Below, piece after piece: positions 1-13,577 of a stretch of 64,000 nt of DNA. Position numbers and translations under genes: made by a program. Below the pieces are notes generated by a model. That model was not told the origin of the DNA, searched no databases, and saw only the letters and a list, made by a program, of their open reading frames with translations. Where the stretch lies: NCBI GenBank assembly GCA_051530055.1, contig CM121343.1, positions 714,389 through 778,388 of the forward strand, given 5' to 3'. Numbering within the stretch: position 1 is the stretch's first letter; each line of letters begins with the position of its first letter. The stretch comes from Neoechinorhynchus agilis (lineage: Eukaryota > Animalia > Acanthocephala).

Positions 1-131
1 TTTTGAAATCTTTGCCTTCGGACACTTGCCTTTTCATGGTTTGCGACTTTAGTGTTTGCGTTGTTTTTCCGTACCCGTTTTTGGTAGGTGATATTTGTTT
101 TCGTTGCTCTTCGATTTTCGATTGACAGTTT

Positions 132-869
132 TTGAAGATAAAAATGATAAAATGGACAGAAGAAGCCTTGAGCTTACATCCGCTGGATCCATTGCAGTTT
201 GAGAGTGATGATTTCTTGGAAAGCTTGAAACTTCCAAAGCGAAAGAGTGCGGCTGAAGCGACTGAATCGAGCAACTCATCAGCAGCTCCCGTGAATGACA
301 AGCCGGTTCAAAGTCATTTGGAGTTCCGTGAAAAGCAGCGAGCAAAACCTAGCATCTTTCAGAGGGCAGCTTTTAGACAGAAAATTCGGTCAAAGCATTT
401 TGTGGATATAGTTCAAAATTTGCATAATTATTTTCTCGAAGAGGGTAATGAGCGCGAGAAGCACCAGGCAATTGTAGAAAAGCAGAACGAATTGATGGGT
501 CTCAAGCAACGTTTGGTACGAATCAATAAAACTGCTAAGAAGCAGCAAAGTGAAACTGTTGAAGATTATAAATACAAAGGTTCGACTAATCAAAGATACG
601 CCGTTCTAATGAAGGAGCGAGCTAAAGGCTCTGCAATGCCGAAAATTGTTAAATGCAAAGCCGTTAACGATGGCGCCGGGTGTAGGTCTTCTGTGATCCC
701 TGTTACCGATTACTGCATTGAACACATCCATCTCGATAAGACTCAGTGTTTTTTCCCTCAAGGTCATGCTTTGATAAATTCGCTATACGTAGATTCATTG
801 GTTCCAAACATGGACGATGCTGATTTATCAAGCGAAAATATGACAAATAACAACGATGGTCAACAATAG
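132..869 (+). CDS. KANSL2: KAT8 regulatory NSL complex subunit 2-like / INO80D-type C3Hc3H zinc-finger protein (probably the last exon; 5' exon(s) upstream)
   Basis: 245-aa ORF. The C-terminal LMKERAKG...KCKAVNDGAGCRSSVIPVTDYCIEHIHLDKTQCFF resembles the KANSL2 segment LKERR...RC...[26 protein letters not shown]. It is preceded by a coiled-coil region, and a possible GT..AG intron lies at ~89-129. Confidence 0.55.
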   Translation: MKIKMIKWTEEALSLHPLDPLQFESDDFLESLKLPKRKSAAEATESSNSSAAPVNDKPVQSHLEFREKQRAKPSIFQRAAFRQKIRSKHFVDIVQNLHNYFLEEGNEREKHQAIVEKQNELMGLKQRLVRINKTAKKQQSETVEDYKYKGSTNQRYAVLMKERAKGSAMPKIVKCKAVNDGAGCRSSVIPVTDYCIEHIHLDKTQCFFPQGHALINSLYVDSLVPNMDDADLSSENMTNNNDGQQ

Positions 870-966
870 ATGAGATCCAGAAGGGGTTATCCGTCAAATA
901 AAAACTCCCTCTTAAAATGCTCGGCGAAACTGGTCGGATTTTTATGTACCGACAATAAAAAATCCA

Positions 967-3720
967 GAGAATCATGAGGATTTCGAAGTTATTGATGTTG
1001 TTTGTATCGCGTCGTCTAAAGTTTGTAAAGAAAATTAATCGATATATTTGTTTATCGGGAGAATCATGTGGATTTCAAAGTTTTTGATATTGTTTGTTTT
1101 TAACCATTGAGCGAAGTTCTTGAGGCTCAAATCGCGCCGTCTAAAGTTTGTAAAGAAAATTAATCGATATATTTGTTTATCGGGAGAATCATGAGGATTT
1201 CAAAGTTTTTGATGTTGTTTGTTTTTAACCATTGAGCGAAGTTCTTGAGGCTCAAATCGCGCCGTCTAAAGTTTGTAAAGAAAATTAATCGATTTATTTG
1301 TTTATCGGGAGAATCATGAGGATTTCAAAGTTTTTGATGTTGTTTGTTTTTAACCATTGAGCGAAGTTCTTGAGGCTCAAATCGCGCCGTCTAAAGTTTG
1401 TAAAGAAAATTAATCGATATATTTGTTTATCGGGAGAATCATGAGGATTTCAAAGTTTTTGATATTGTTTGTTTTTAACCATTGAGCGAAGTTCTTGAGG
1501 CTCAAATCGCGCCGTCTAAAGTTTGTAAAGAAAATTAATCGATATATTTGTTTATCGGGAGAATCATGAGGATTTCAAAGTTTTTGATGTTGTTTGTTTT
1601 TAACCACTGAGCGAAGTTCTTGAGGCTCAAATCGCGCCGTCTAAGTTTGTAAAGAAAATTAATCGATATATTTGTTTATCGGGAGAATCATGAGATTTCA
1701 AAGTTTTTGATGTTGTTTGTTTTTAACCATTGAGCGAAGTTCTTGAGGCTCAAATCGCGCCGTCTAAAGTTTGTAAAGAAAATTAATCGATATATTTGTT
1801 TATCGGGAGAATCATGAGGATTTCAAAGTTTTTGATGTTGTTTGTTTTTAACCATTGAGCGAAGTTCTTGAGGCTCAAATCGCGCCGTCTAAAGTTTGTA
1901 AAGAAAATTAATCGATATATTTGTTTATCGGGAGAATCATGAGGATTTCAAAGTTTTTGATGTTGTTTGTTTTTAACCATTGAGCGAAGTTCTTGAGGCT
2001 CAAATCGCGCCGTCTAAAGTTTGTAAAGAAAATTAATCGATATATTTGTTTATCGGGAGAATCATGAGGATTTCAAAGTTTTTGATGTTGTTTGTTTTTA
2101 ACCACTGAGCGAAGTTCTTGAGGCTCAAATCGCGCCGTCTAAAGTTTGTAAAGAAAATTAATCGATTTATTTGTTTATCGGGAGAATCATGAGGATTTCA
2201 AAGTTTTTGATGTTGTTTGTTTTTAACCATTGAGCGAAGTTCTTGAGGCTCAAATCGCGCCGTCTAAAGTTTGTAAAGAAAATTAATCGATATATTTGTT
2301 TATCGGGAGAATCATGAGGATTTCAAAGTTTTTGATGTTGTTTGTTTTTAACCATTGAGCGAAGTTCTTGAGGCTCAAATCGCGCCGTCTAAAGTTTGTA
2401 AAGAAAATTAATCGATATATTTGTTTATCGGGAGAATCATGAGGATTTCAAAGTTTTTGATGTTGTTTGTTTTTAACCATTGAGCGAAGTTCTTGAGGCT
2501 CAAATCGCGCCGTCTAAAGTTTGTAAAGAAAATTAATCGATATATTTGTTTATCGGGAGAATCGTGGATTTAAAGTTTTGATATTGTTTGTTTTTAACCA
2601 CTGAGCGAAGTTCTTGAGGCTCAAATCGCGCCGTCTAAAGTTTGTAAAGAAAATTAATCGATATATTTGTTTATCGGGAGATCATGAGGATTTCAAAGTT
2701 TTTGATATTGTTTGTTTTTAACCACTGAGCGAAGTTCTTGAGGCTCAAATCGCGCCGTCTAAAGTTTGTAAGAAAATTAATCGATATATTTGTTTATCGG
2801 GAGAATCATGTGGATTTGAAAGTTTTTGATGTTGTTTGTTTTTAACCACTGAGCGAAGTTCTTGAGGCTCAAATCGCGCCGTCTAAAGTTTGTAAAGAAA
2901 ATTAATCGATTTATTTGTTTATCGGGAGAATCATGAGGATTTCAAAGTTTTTGATATTGTTTGTTTTTAACCATTGAGCGAAGTTCTTGAGGCTCAAATC
3001 GCGCCGTCTAAAGTTTGTAAAGAAAATTAATCGATATATTTGTTTATCGGGAGAATCATGAGGATTTCAAAGTTTTTGATGTTGTTTGTTTTTAACCACT
3101 GAGCGAAGTTCTTGAGGCTCAAATCGCGCCGTCTAAAGTTTGTAAAGAAAATTAATCGATTTATTTGTTTATCGGGAGAATCATGAGGATTTCAAAGTTT
3201 TTGATGTTGTTTGTTTTTAACCATTGAGCGAAGTTCTTGAGGCTCAAATCGCGCCGTCTAAAGTTTGTAAAGAAAATTAATCGATTTATTTGTTTATCGG
3301 GAGAATCATGAGGATTTCAAAGTTTTTGATGTTGTTTGTTTTTAACCACTGAGCGAAGTTCTTGAGGCTCAAATCGCGCCGTCTAAAGTTTGTAAAGAAA
3401 ATTAATCGATTTATTTGTTTATCGGGAGAATCATGAGGATTTCAAAGTTTTTGATGTTGTTTGTTTTTAACCACTGAGCGAAGTTCTTGAGGCTCAAATC
3501 GCGCCGTCTAAAGTTTGTAAAGAAAATTAATCGATTTATTTGTTTATCGGGAGAATCATGAGGATTTCAAAGTTTTTGATGTTGTTTGTTTTTAACCACT
3601 GAGCGAAGTTCTTGAGGCTCAAATCGCGCCGTCTAAAGTTTGTAAAGAAAATTAATCGATTTATTTGTTTATCGGGAGAATCATGAGGATTTCAAAGTTT
3701 TTGATGTTGTTTGTTTTTAA
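967..3720. repeat. Tandem satellite array, 125-bp unit, about 22 near-identical copies
   Basis: The anchor ctaaagtttg recurs at 1016, 1141, 1266, 1391, 1516 and onward (period 125). Copies differ only by a few SNPs or 1-2-bp indels. Confidence 0.97.
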
Positions 3721-3727
3721 GTCGTAT

Positions 3728-3808
3728 TTTAGAACTGATGATGAACCCTTCGAGTTTTGAAACGTCTTTAATCGAAATAATCATTTACCGCGGGTGTAGA
3801 CTTCTAAA
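3728..3808 (+). ncRNA. Minimal hammerhead-ribozyme-like element (Penelope pLTR remnant), copy 1, degenerate stem II
   Basis: TTTAGAA-CTGATGA-T-GAAC...-GAAACGTC...GAC-TTCTAAA; homologous to the copies at 16434 and 26232. Confidence 0.5.
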
Positions 3809-4112
3809 CAAAAATTCCTTCTCAAAATATTATGGGCAGCTATGATTGATTTTTTCCTTATCCACAAATCCCAACTAATAACTGCGGTCGCGGCGTCGTG
3901 TCTTTTACGTCTTCACGAAAGATTGACGAATGAGGACTTGTATAGAATTTAATTCCGTTTTTTATAATATATCAAAGAATGCTATGATTGTATAGAACGT
4001 TTTCAAAAAAGGTTATTGGTCTAAAAATACGAATTGAACATTATTCAAATTGAAACGATCATTCTCGTGAACACAACTGAAATCAACATAAATCTCGTGG
4101 TTCTGCTCCATG

Positions 4113-4740
<628 letters not shown>

Positions 4741-4949
4741 CTATAATCACAGCACGTAGATTTAAGAAAATGAGATTAAAAAACAGATTAGGCGAAATAA
4801 AAAATTCGAACAAATAAAATTACGGATTCGAAATTAGAGAACATAAAAAAATCGAATATCGAAATTAAAAGAACACCGAAGGCGGATTCGTGGTTAAATA
4901 AAAAAATTACTGGCAAAGTTGAATGAAGAGATCAAAAAGAAAACTGCGC

Positions 4950-7640
4950 TTTGAAAACCACCGGACGTTTCCTTCAAGAAATCAATAAAAATTCGATTTT
5001 CTCGACACGATATTATTACAAAGTGGGATGTTCAACAAGATCCTGGGGGTCTAAAAGAACAGAAAAGTAAATATCCGTTGTTGGACTTGAAAAAAACGTT
5101 AAATGGAGAAACAAAAGAGAAAAGTTTGATTGGAGGAAGACCGGACGCTTTCTTTATGAAATCACTAAAAATCCGATTTCCTTGATGAGAGATTGCTGAG
5201 AAGCGGGATATTCAAAAAGAACCTGAGAACAGAAATGTAAAAATTCGTTGTTAATCTAAAAAAACAAAAAACGTTCAATGCAGAGATAATAGAGAAAACT
5301 TTGATTGGAGGAAGACCGGACGCTTTCTTTATGAAATCAATAAAAATCCGATCTTCACGATGAGGAATTGTTGAGAAGCGGGATATTCAAAAAGATCCTG
5401 GTAGTCTAAGAGAACCGAAATTTAAAAATTCGTTGTTGGACTTGAAAAATCGGAAAGGTTGAATGCAGAGATAAAAGAGAAAACTTTGATTGGAGGAAGA
5501 CCGGAAGCTTTCCTTAAGAAATCAATAAAAATCCGATTTTCACGATGACTAATTGCTAAAGCGGGATAGTCAAAAAGATCTTGGAAGTCTAAGAACAGAA
5601 ATGTAAAAATTCGTTGCTGGACCTAAAAAAAGGAAACGTCCAATGGAGAAATAAAAGAGAAAAGTCTGATTGGAGGAAAGCCGGACGCTTTCTTTAAGAA
5701 ATCAGTAAAAATCCCATTTTCTCAATGAGGAATTGCTGAAAATCGGGATATTCAAAAAGATCGTGGAAGTCTAAGGGAACAGAAATGTAAAAATTCTTTG
5801 TTCGCCTTAAAAAAACCGGAAGCGTTCAATGCAGAGATAAAAGAGAAAACTTTGATTGGAGAAAGACCGGACGCTTTCTTTATGAAATCAGTAAAAATCC
5901 GATTTTCTCGATGAGGAATTGCTGAAAAGCGGGATATTAAAAAAGATCTTGGAAGTCTAAGAGAACAGAAATGTAAAAATTCGTTGTTGGACTTGAAAAA
6001 AAGGAAACGTTTAATGGAATTATAAAAGAGAAAAGTTTGATTGCAGGAAGACCGGACGCTTTCTTTATGAAATCAGTAAAAATCCGATTTCCTCGATGAC
6101 GAATTGACGAAAACCGGAATATTAAAAAAGATCCTGGAAGTCTTAGAGAACAGAAATGTAAAAATTCGTTGCTGGGCTTAAAAAAGCCGGAAACGTCGAA
6201 TGCAGAGACAAAAGAGAAAAGTTTGATTGCAGGAAGACCGGACGCTTTCTTTATGAAATCAGTAAAAATCCGATTTTCTCGATGAGGAATTGCTGAAAAG
6301 CGGGATTTTCAAAAAGATCTTGGAAGTCTACGAGAACAGAAATGTAAAAATTCGTTGTTGGGCTTAAAAAAAGGAAACGTTTAATGGAGATATAAAAGAG
6401 AAAAGTTTGATTGCAGGAAGACAGAACGCTTTCTTTATGAAATCAGTAAAAATCCGATTTCCTCGATGACGAATTGACGAAAACCGGGATATTAAAAAAG
6501 ATCCTGGAAGTCTAAGAGAACAGAAATGTAAAAATTCGTTGCTGGGCTTAAAAAAGCCGGAAACGTCGAATGCAGAGACAAAAGAGAAAAGTTTGATTGC
6601 AGGAAGACCGGACGCTTTCTTTATGAAATCAGTAAAAATCCGATTTTCTCGATGAGGAATTGCTGAAAAGCGGGATATTCAAAAAGATCCTGGAAGTCTA
6701 AGAGAACAGAAATGTAAAAATTCGTTGTTGGGCTTAAAAAAGCCGGAAACGTTGAATGCAGAGATAAAAGAGAAAAGTTTGATTGCAGGAAGACCGGACG
6801 CTTTCTTTATGAAATCAGTAAAAATCCGATTTTCTCGATGAGGAATTGCTGAAAAGCGGGATATTCAAAAAGATCTTGGAAGTCTAAGAGAACAGAAATG
6901 TAAAAATTCGTTGTTGGACTTAAAAAAAGAAACGTTTAATGGAATTATAAAAGAGAAAAGTTTGATTGCAGGAAGACCGGACGCTTTCTTTATGAAATCA
7001 GTAAAAATCCGATTTTCTCGATGAGGAATTGCTGAAAAGCGGGATATTAAAAAAGATCTTGGAAGTCTAAGAGAACAGAAATGTAAAAATTCGTTGTTGG
7101 ACTTGAAAAAAAGGAAACGTTTAATGGAATTATAAAAGAGAAAAGTTTGATTGCAGGAAGACCGGACGCTTTCTTTATGAAATCAGTAAAAATCCGATTT
7201 CCTCGATGACGAATTGACGAAAACCGGAATATTAAAAAAGATCCTGGAAGTCTAAGAGAACAGAAATTTAAAAATTCGTTGCTGGGCTTAAAAAAGCCGG
7301 AAACGTCCAATGGAGAAATAAAAAAGAAAAGTTTGATTGCAGGAAGACCGGACGCTTTCTTTGAGAAATCAATCAAAATCCCATTTTCTCGATGAGGAAT
7401 TGCTGAAAGGCTGGATATTCAAAAAGATCGTGGAAGTCTAAGATAACAGAAATGTAAAAATTCGTTGTTGGGCTTAAAAAAGCCGGAAACGTTGAATGCA
7501 GAGATAAAAGAGAAAATTTTGATTGCAGGAAGACAGAACGCTTTCTTCAAGAAATCAATAAAGATGCGATTTTCTTGATAGGGAATTGCTGAAAATCGGG
7601 AATATCCAAAAAGTCTAAGAGAACAGAATTGTAAAAATTC
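4950..7640. repeat. Tandem satellite array, ~185-bp unit, about 14-15 copies with two interspersed variants
   Basis: The anchor gacgctttct lies at 6241, 6611, 6797, 6980 and 7165 (period 183-186). Edge copies are more diverged than central ones. Confidence 0.95.
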
Positions 7641-9561
7641 TTGGTTGAATACCCAAATACAATCCGATTTCTAATTGAGCAAATAGATAAGAGATCTTTT
7701 TGTGGTATTAAGACTGGTGGCAATTCGTCCGACCGCAAAATCCCGAGGCCTCCCTCCCCGCCGTGGTGGTGGCACCAGACAAAAATGCGTGTCGGCCGCA
7801 ACGCAGACGCACGTCGTTGTTGTTCCATTAGGAGACGACAGAATGGAGGAGGATTCAGAGTTCTGTACGAATCCGGCCGGCGGCGGCGTCGTCGTCGTCG
7901 TCGTCGACAAGGGCATCGACGTGTGCATCCACGACCGTGGTTTCGTCACTCGCGCACTAAACATACACGCGAATGAGGTGCTGCGACGGACGTGGGATCG
8001 ATTTATGGAAGCTGATCGAGAAGTGCTTTTATACCGTTTTCAAATTACGACGTTATGAGATGATGGAATGTGGAGGATTTTATATGATGGAATGTAAGAC
8101 TTTGGATTGATTAGGTCTATTGAACCAAATATATGTAATTTATTATTGGGAAATAATCGGCCTTTACCGATGTTTAAATGGTTTTTCGAAATTTATGCCT
8201 TTGCGTTGTTGATACGGAATTTTTGGCGGACATTTAAGCTGCCTACAAAGTTCTATTTTCTCATTTTGATTAAATAATTGACTAGATAGTTGTATTTGCT
8301 AAGATATTCGTGGTATTGATTCACGATTATCCCCAATTGAATATCGTGCAAATTGCAATTCTACTTTTAATGATTGAAGCTTTCTCAATTATACAACCTT
8401 TAATAAGCGAAAATTCTAAAATGTAAGATTCTGACATTTTTGAGGTTATCTTCTGTGCAAACGAATTCTTTAAATGCCTTTCTATTTTTGATTCTTTTAA
8501 AGCACTTCATAAAAACAATGTCCGGTTCAGCTGAGATCATTTTATGCGATTTATCTCAGAAATAACCAACTTCAACATCCGCATATTCAGCGTAATAATT
8601 GAACACTCTTGTTTCCCTCAAGCCCCAGAACGTCTTCAATCTCATTATAGGGTTCGATGGTCTTTATTGCCTGAATTCACATCCATAAATTCTAAAAATA
8701 AATCTTTTCTTATTAAATTACGCGATTCTACTTTAATTTTGTCTGTTTTAATCACTTCTTCGGATGCTATGTGATATCTGTAGCCGTGATTTAAAAACTG
8801 GATAAATCACATTGAGTATTTGGTTATACGAAGCCGATCTCGTATCCGAATGGTGTCCGGTCTAAATTAATTCGAGGAAATAAACGACTCGTTCTTCTGT
8901 CCAAATCGAACGCCTGGGAACTTTAATGCAGTGGAACGTCGATTATCCGGATCAGAATGCTGTTCTACTCGATTTCCGTTACCAGAAGAGAATCTTACAG
9001 CGAAAAAACGAAGGTGCAGCATCTTACACAGAAAAATAAGTGATTATTTTCAATAATGAAGTTAAAATTACGTGATTCTACTTTAATTTTTCCTTTTTAA
9101 CCACTTTCCGCTCCCGAATGTTATTTGATATCTGTAGTCGAGCTCGAAAAACTGGACAAATGACATTGTGGTTTCGGTTATCCGAAACCGACCTCGTATC
9201 CGAATGGTGTCCGATCTAAATTAATTCGAGAAAATGAATGACTGGTTCTACTGTCCAAATCGAACGCCTGGGATTTTAATGCAGTGGAACGTCGATTATC
9301 CGGATCAGAATGCTGTCCTACTCAGCGTCTGTTACTAGAAAAGAATCTTACAGCGAAAAAACGAAGGTGTACAATCGTACACACTAAAATAAGTGATTAT
9401 TTTCAATAATAAAGATAAAATTACGTGATTCTACTTTAATTTTGCCTTTATTAACCACTCCTTCCCCCGACTGCTATTTGATATCTGTAGCCGATATTTA
9501 AATAGTTTATAACTCGCATTGAGTTTTAGGTTATACGAAACCGATCTCGTATCTGAATGGT

Positions 9562-12343
9562 AAACAACAACATTTCTTTGAACTTTTCTCTCACTTGAGA
9601 GGTCGTTCTTTTCAGCATTGTCAGCTTTCGTCTTCGTTCTTCTCCTTTCCGAGCGTCTTGAGATCTCCGCTCACACTGCCCTTCCACCTCTTCTTGTGCA
9701 TCCCTCTTCTCGTTTTCCCCTCGAGTTCGATTCTCCATGCGCTCTTCACTCAGACGTCTTCATCTGCTTGTGTCACCTGCAGGTACCATCGCATCCGCCT
9801 CTTAGCGATTGCCTCCTCGATCGGCTCGGCATTAAACAGCTTTCGCACCTCCTCATTGGGCACTCGATCTTTGCGTGTCAATCGTGCGGACCATCTCAGC
9901 ATCCGCATTTCGTTGACGGCTAATCGTTGAACGTCTTCCTTCTTTGTAGCCCACGTCTCTGCTCCGTACAGCATGGCGAGTAGCACTACTGCCTTGTACA
10001 CCCGCCGTTTGAACTTGTTCAGGAGTAGCTAGTCGCAAGGGATGGCTGTTGTCTTCCTCCAGTTGTTCCACCCGCATTGAACTCTTTGCCCGATCTCTGG
10101 TGCGAGCTCACATTGCATGCCTTGCATATCGAGGTTACCCGGCCCCATGTATTTCGTTTTACACCTGCTCACTCTCAATCCATTGCTCTCTAATCGCTGT
10201 CGCCAACTCTAGCAAATTCCTGAGCGTGTCCACGTCCATAGCTGTGAGTACCAACTCGTCCATGGTGCGTTCATTTCTCTTTCCGCATTTCCTAGGACGT
10301 CCATCACGATCGTGAACAAAAATGAGCTCAGGGTGGAACCCTGCTGCCGACTCACGGAGACTCGGAAATAGTCGGTGGTTCCGCTGTGGCATCGCACGCA
10401 GGTGTAGCACTCTCGATACATCGCTTGGATCGCCGCGTCATGGTGTTCGGGACAATTCCTTTTACTGAGCCATGCCCACACTGGATCGCTAGATCCCGAG
10501 GGACCGTGTCGTGCGCCCCTTCCAAATCGACAAACACACTACCTCTCATACAGCTGCCTTAGCACGAATATTGCGTCGATTGTGCTTCTGTCGGGCATGA
10601 ATCCCCGTTGATCCTTGCTGATTCTGATCTCCTCGCTAATCCTGTGATCGATCATTCGTTCCAACAGTTTCATTGTGTGCGACATGAGTTCGATGCCACG
10701 GTTGCTCCTATACTGCAGAGCATCTCCTTTGCTTTTGAAGATCAGTATCAATATGCTTCCCTGCCATTCCGACGGGATCTTTTCCTCCATATCTATCTTC
10801 TGAAAGAGCCTCGTGGGCAACTTTATTCCGAAGACTCCCAGGGATTGTCACAGCTCGATCGGAATGTTATCTGGACCGGCGTTAATACCAGTGTTCATTT
10901 TCCTGAGCAGTGCAGCAACCTCATCGTACGACTACGGCCTCGTCATATTGACATTCGGGTGTACGTCCTCTAGAAGCAGTCTGTCATTCTCAGTGTTCAG
11001 CAGAGTGCTGAAATATTCCTTCCACCTATCCAAAATGTCCGTGCATTGGTCCAGCGTCGTTCCATGGCTATCACTGATCATTTTGAGGTGCACGATATCC
11101 CGCGATTTTTTATCCCTGACTTTGGCCAACCTGAAGACCATATCTATACAACTCCCTCGCTGCAATTGTTAGAACAGGCCGTTATCGGCTTCCCTCTTGG
11201 CTTTGGCGCATTCTCATGCGGCCTTCCTTTTAGCCTGTTTTTAAGCGTCTGCATTCGAGGGCGAAGCGTCAAAATCCAATCTTTTCCTGGCTGACTTTTT
11301 CAAACTGATTGCGTCCTTGACGGCTGGATTCCACCACCATGCCTCTTTGTTTTGGGGTTTAGGTTTCCCCTATGTCATTCCTAGGATGTTCTTTGCTTCA
11401 CTACGAATCGATTCGGCTGTCTCATTCCACTAGCGTTCCAGTTCAGCCACATTATCGCTCAATTTCTGGGTAAGCACCATTTTGATCTTTTCCCTGAGTA
11501 CAGGATCCTTTAGCCTCCGGTGCAATGCTCGTTGTCGGCTGTTTGACTCTCCCTCCGATATTGAGGACCATCACGAGCACTCTATGTTGCGTCGTGCACT
11601 CCTCTCCTAGTATTATCTTGACATTCTGAACTTCACCCCGTCTCGCTATCGGATACAAAATGAAATCGATTTGGCTTGATCTTCCACGGCTTGAGTATGC
11701 GTAAAGGTGCCGTGGGTCTTTTTTGAAGTATTGGAAATACGATACTCCAACGCTGCTGCGTGATCCAATAGTCTTACACCCTCGGCGTCCCTTGATCCTA
11801 CATTGTGTCCTCCATGAGTTCGCTCGTATTCATCTCACGGCCCCTCGTGTCCGTTGAAATCGCCGGTTATCACGCATCGACCCTCCTTAGGCCTTGCCAC
11901 TTCCGATAAATCCAGCCAAAATTCCTTCTCCTCTTCACTACAACGGACTTGGGAGGCATACGCAGAAACTATTGTTGTGGCTTCGCCGTTAACGCTTACT
12001 TTCAGCGCCATCATCCGATCGATAGTCCGTGTCACCTCCACGACGCTGTCCACTAAATCCTTTGATACTATGACGCCCACTCCGTTCCTACAACTTGCTC
12101 CTCCACTATAGAACAGTTTAAATCCGTCGCCTAATTCTCTAGCCTTCCTTCCCCCTTTCCATTCGATTTTTCTCTTCCTCATCAAATCGGCCACTTCCCT
12201 GCTTCTCCCGGTCATTGAACCTACGTCCAGGGTTCCGATTCGTATGCCCAAGGTTTTACGGCCGGGTACCCTTCCTGACGCCAACCCTCCCCATTTATCC
12301 GGGCTTGGGACCGGCACCGAGTTACCCCCGATGGCTGGGTTCC
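9562..12343 (-). mobile_element. RTE-clade non-LTR retrotransposon (APE + RT), 5'-complete but frameshifted and internally deleted, with a 12-bp TSD
   Basis: APE N-terminus IRIGTLDVGSMTGRSREVADLMRKRK; RT motifs SNRGIELMSHTMKLLER, FVDLEGAHDTVPR and QQGSTLSSFLFTIVMD; thumb LYGAETWATKKED. TSD tatctgaatggt (9550-9561) / tatccgaatggt (12344-12355); short (GTT)n 3' tail. Confidence 0.93.
12279..12341 (-). ncRNA. Twister ribozyme (P1 type with P3), 3' cleavage product, at the RTE 5' end
   Basis: The minus strand reads AA-CCCA-GCC-ATCGGG GGTAA CTCGGT-GCCGG TCCCAAGC CCGG-ATAAA-TGGG-GAGGG-TTGG. This matches the twister core (GCCGGUCCCAAGCCCGGAUAAA...GAGGG) with intact P2 (CCCA/UGGG), P3 and P4. Confidence 0.88.
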
Positions 12344-13577
12344 TATCCGAATGGTGTCCGATCTAAATTAATTCGAGGAAATAAACGACTCGTTCTTCTG
12401 TCCAAATCGAACGCCTGAGATTTTCATACCATGGAACGTCGATTATCCGGATCAGAATGCTGTCCTACTCAACGTCTGTTACTGGAAGAGAATCTTACAG
12501 CGAAAAAACGAAGGTGCACCATCGTACACACTAACATAAGTGATTATTTTTAATAATAAAGTTAAAATTACGTGATTCTACTTAATTTTTCCTTCTTAAC
12601 CAGTTCACCCTCTCGACTGTTATTTGATATCTGTAGTCGAGCTTGAAAAACTAGACAAATCACATTGAGTTTTCGGTTATCCGAAACCGACCTCGTATCC
12701 GAATGGTGTCCGATCTAAATTAATTCGAGGAAATAAACGACTCGTTCTTCTATCCAAATCGAACGCCTGGGATTTTAATGCAGTGGAACGTCGATTATCC
12801 GGATCAGAATGCTGTCCTACTCAATTTCTGTTACTGGAAGAGAATCTTACAGCGAAAAAACGAAGGTGCACCATCGTACACACTAACATAAGTGATTATT
12901 TTTAATAATAAAGTTAAAATTACGTGATTCTACTTTAATTTTTGCCTTTTTTTTAACCACTTCACCCTCCCGAATGTTATGTGATATCTGTAGTCGAGCT
13001 TGAAAAACTAGATAAATCACATTGAGTTTTCGGTTATCCGAAACCGATCTCGTATCCGAGTGGTGTCCGATCTAAATTAATTCGCGGATAAACTAAGTTC
13101 TACTCTATTTAAAGTCACAACTTTATCATCAATGCAATAAAAGTATAGCATTCGGACAAATAACGTCTTTGTCTAATGGCTTTCTATTTATAAATTTCAT
13201 TGGATTTTGTGATGAAAATTCAAATTAAGACATTCTGAGTCTGTATGTGAATATTTGCCTCCGTGAAACACTTTTAATTTTTATAAGAATTTACTCTATT
13301 TTCTGCAACTTTCCTAAGTTATCTTTTGATTGTGTTGCATTTAAAAACGTGTAATGAGGAAATCGGTACAATGATACGAGCATAGTTCGGACAATCATTG
13401 TTTTAAAAGAAGAGATGTTTGAAAATTAGAGATTAGTTAGAATATTGTCATTGTTTGGAATGCAGTCGTTTTTAGTACGCATAAAAATTTCAAGTTTTTC
13501 AGGTTAAATTGTTGAATTTCAGTAAACAAAACTTTCTCTCTCTCTCTCAGACCCACGCGCAAGTACGCTGTTTAAAA

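Larger units (their letters stand above)
8690..13085. repeat. Tandem repeat array, ~354-bp unit, about 5 copies, split by an RTE insertion (8690-9561 and 12344-13085)
   Basis: The anchor cc/ctgaatggt lies at 8846, 9200 and 9553, then at 12347, 12699 and 13056 (period 352-357). Confidence 0.93.

Noticed and set aside
967-3720. CRISPR-like array
   Set aside because: Whole 125-bp units repeat with no unique spacers, the context is eukaryotic, and there are no cas genes.
4950-7640. Hammerhead cores in the 185-bp satellite (gatgag...gaaacgtc)
   Set aside because: There is no CUGANGA, and the spacing and stems do not fit.
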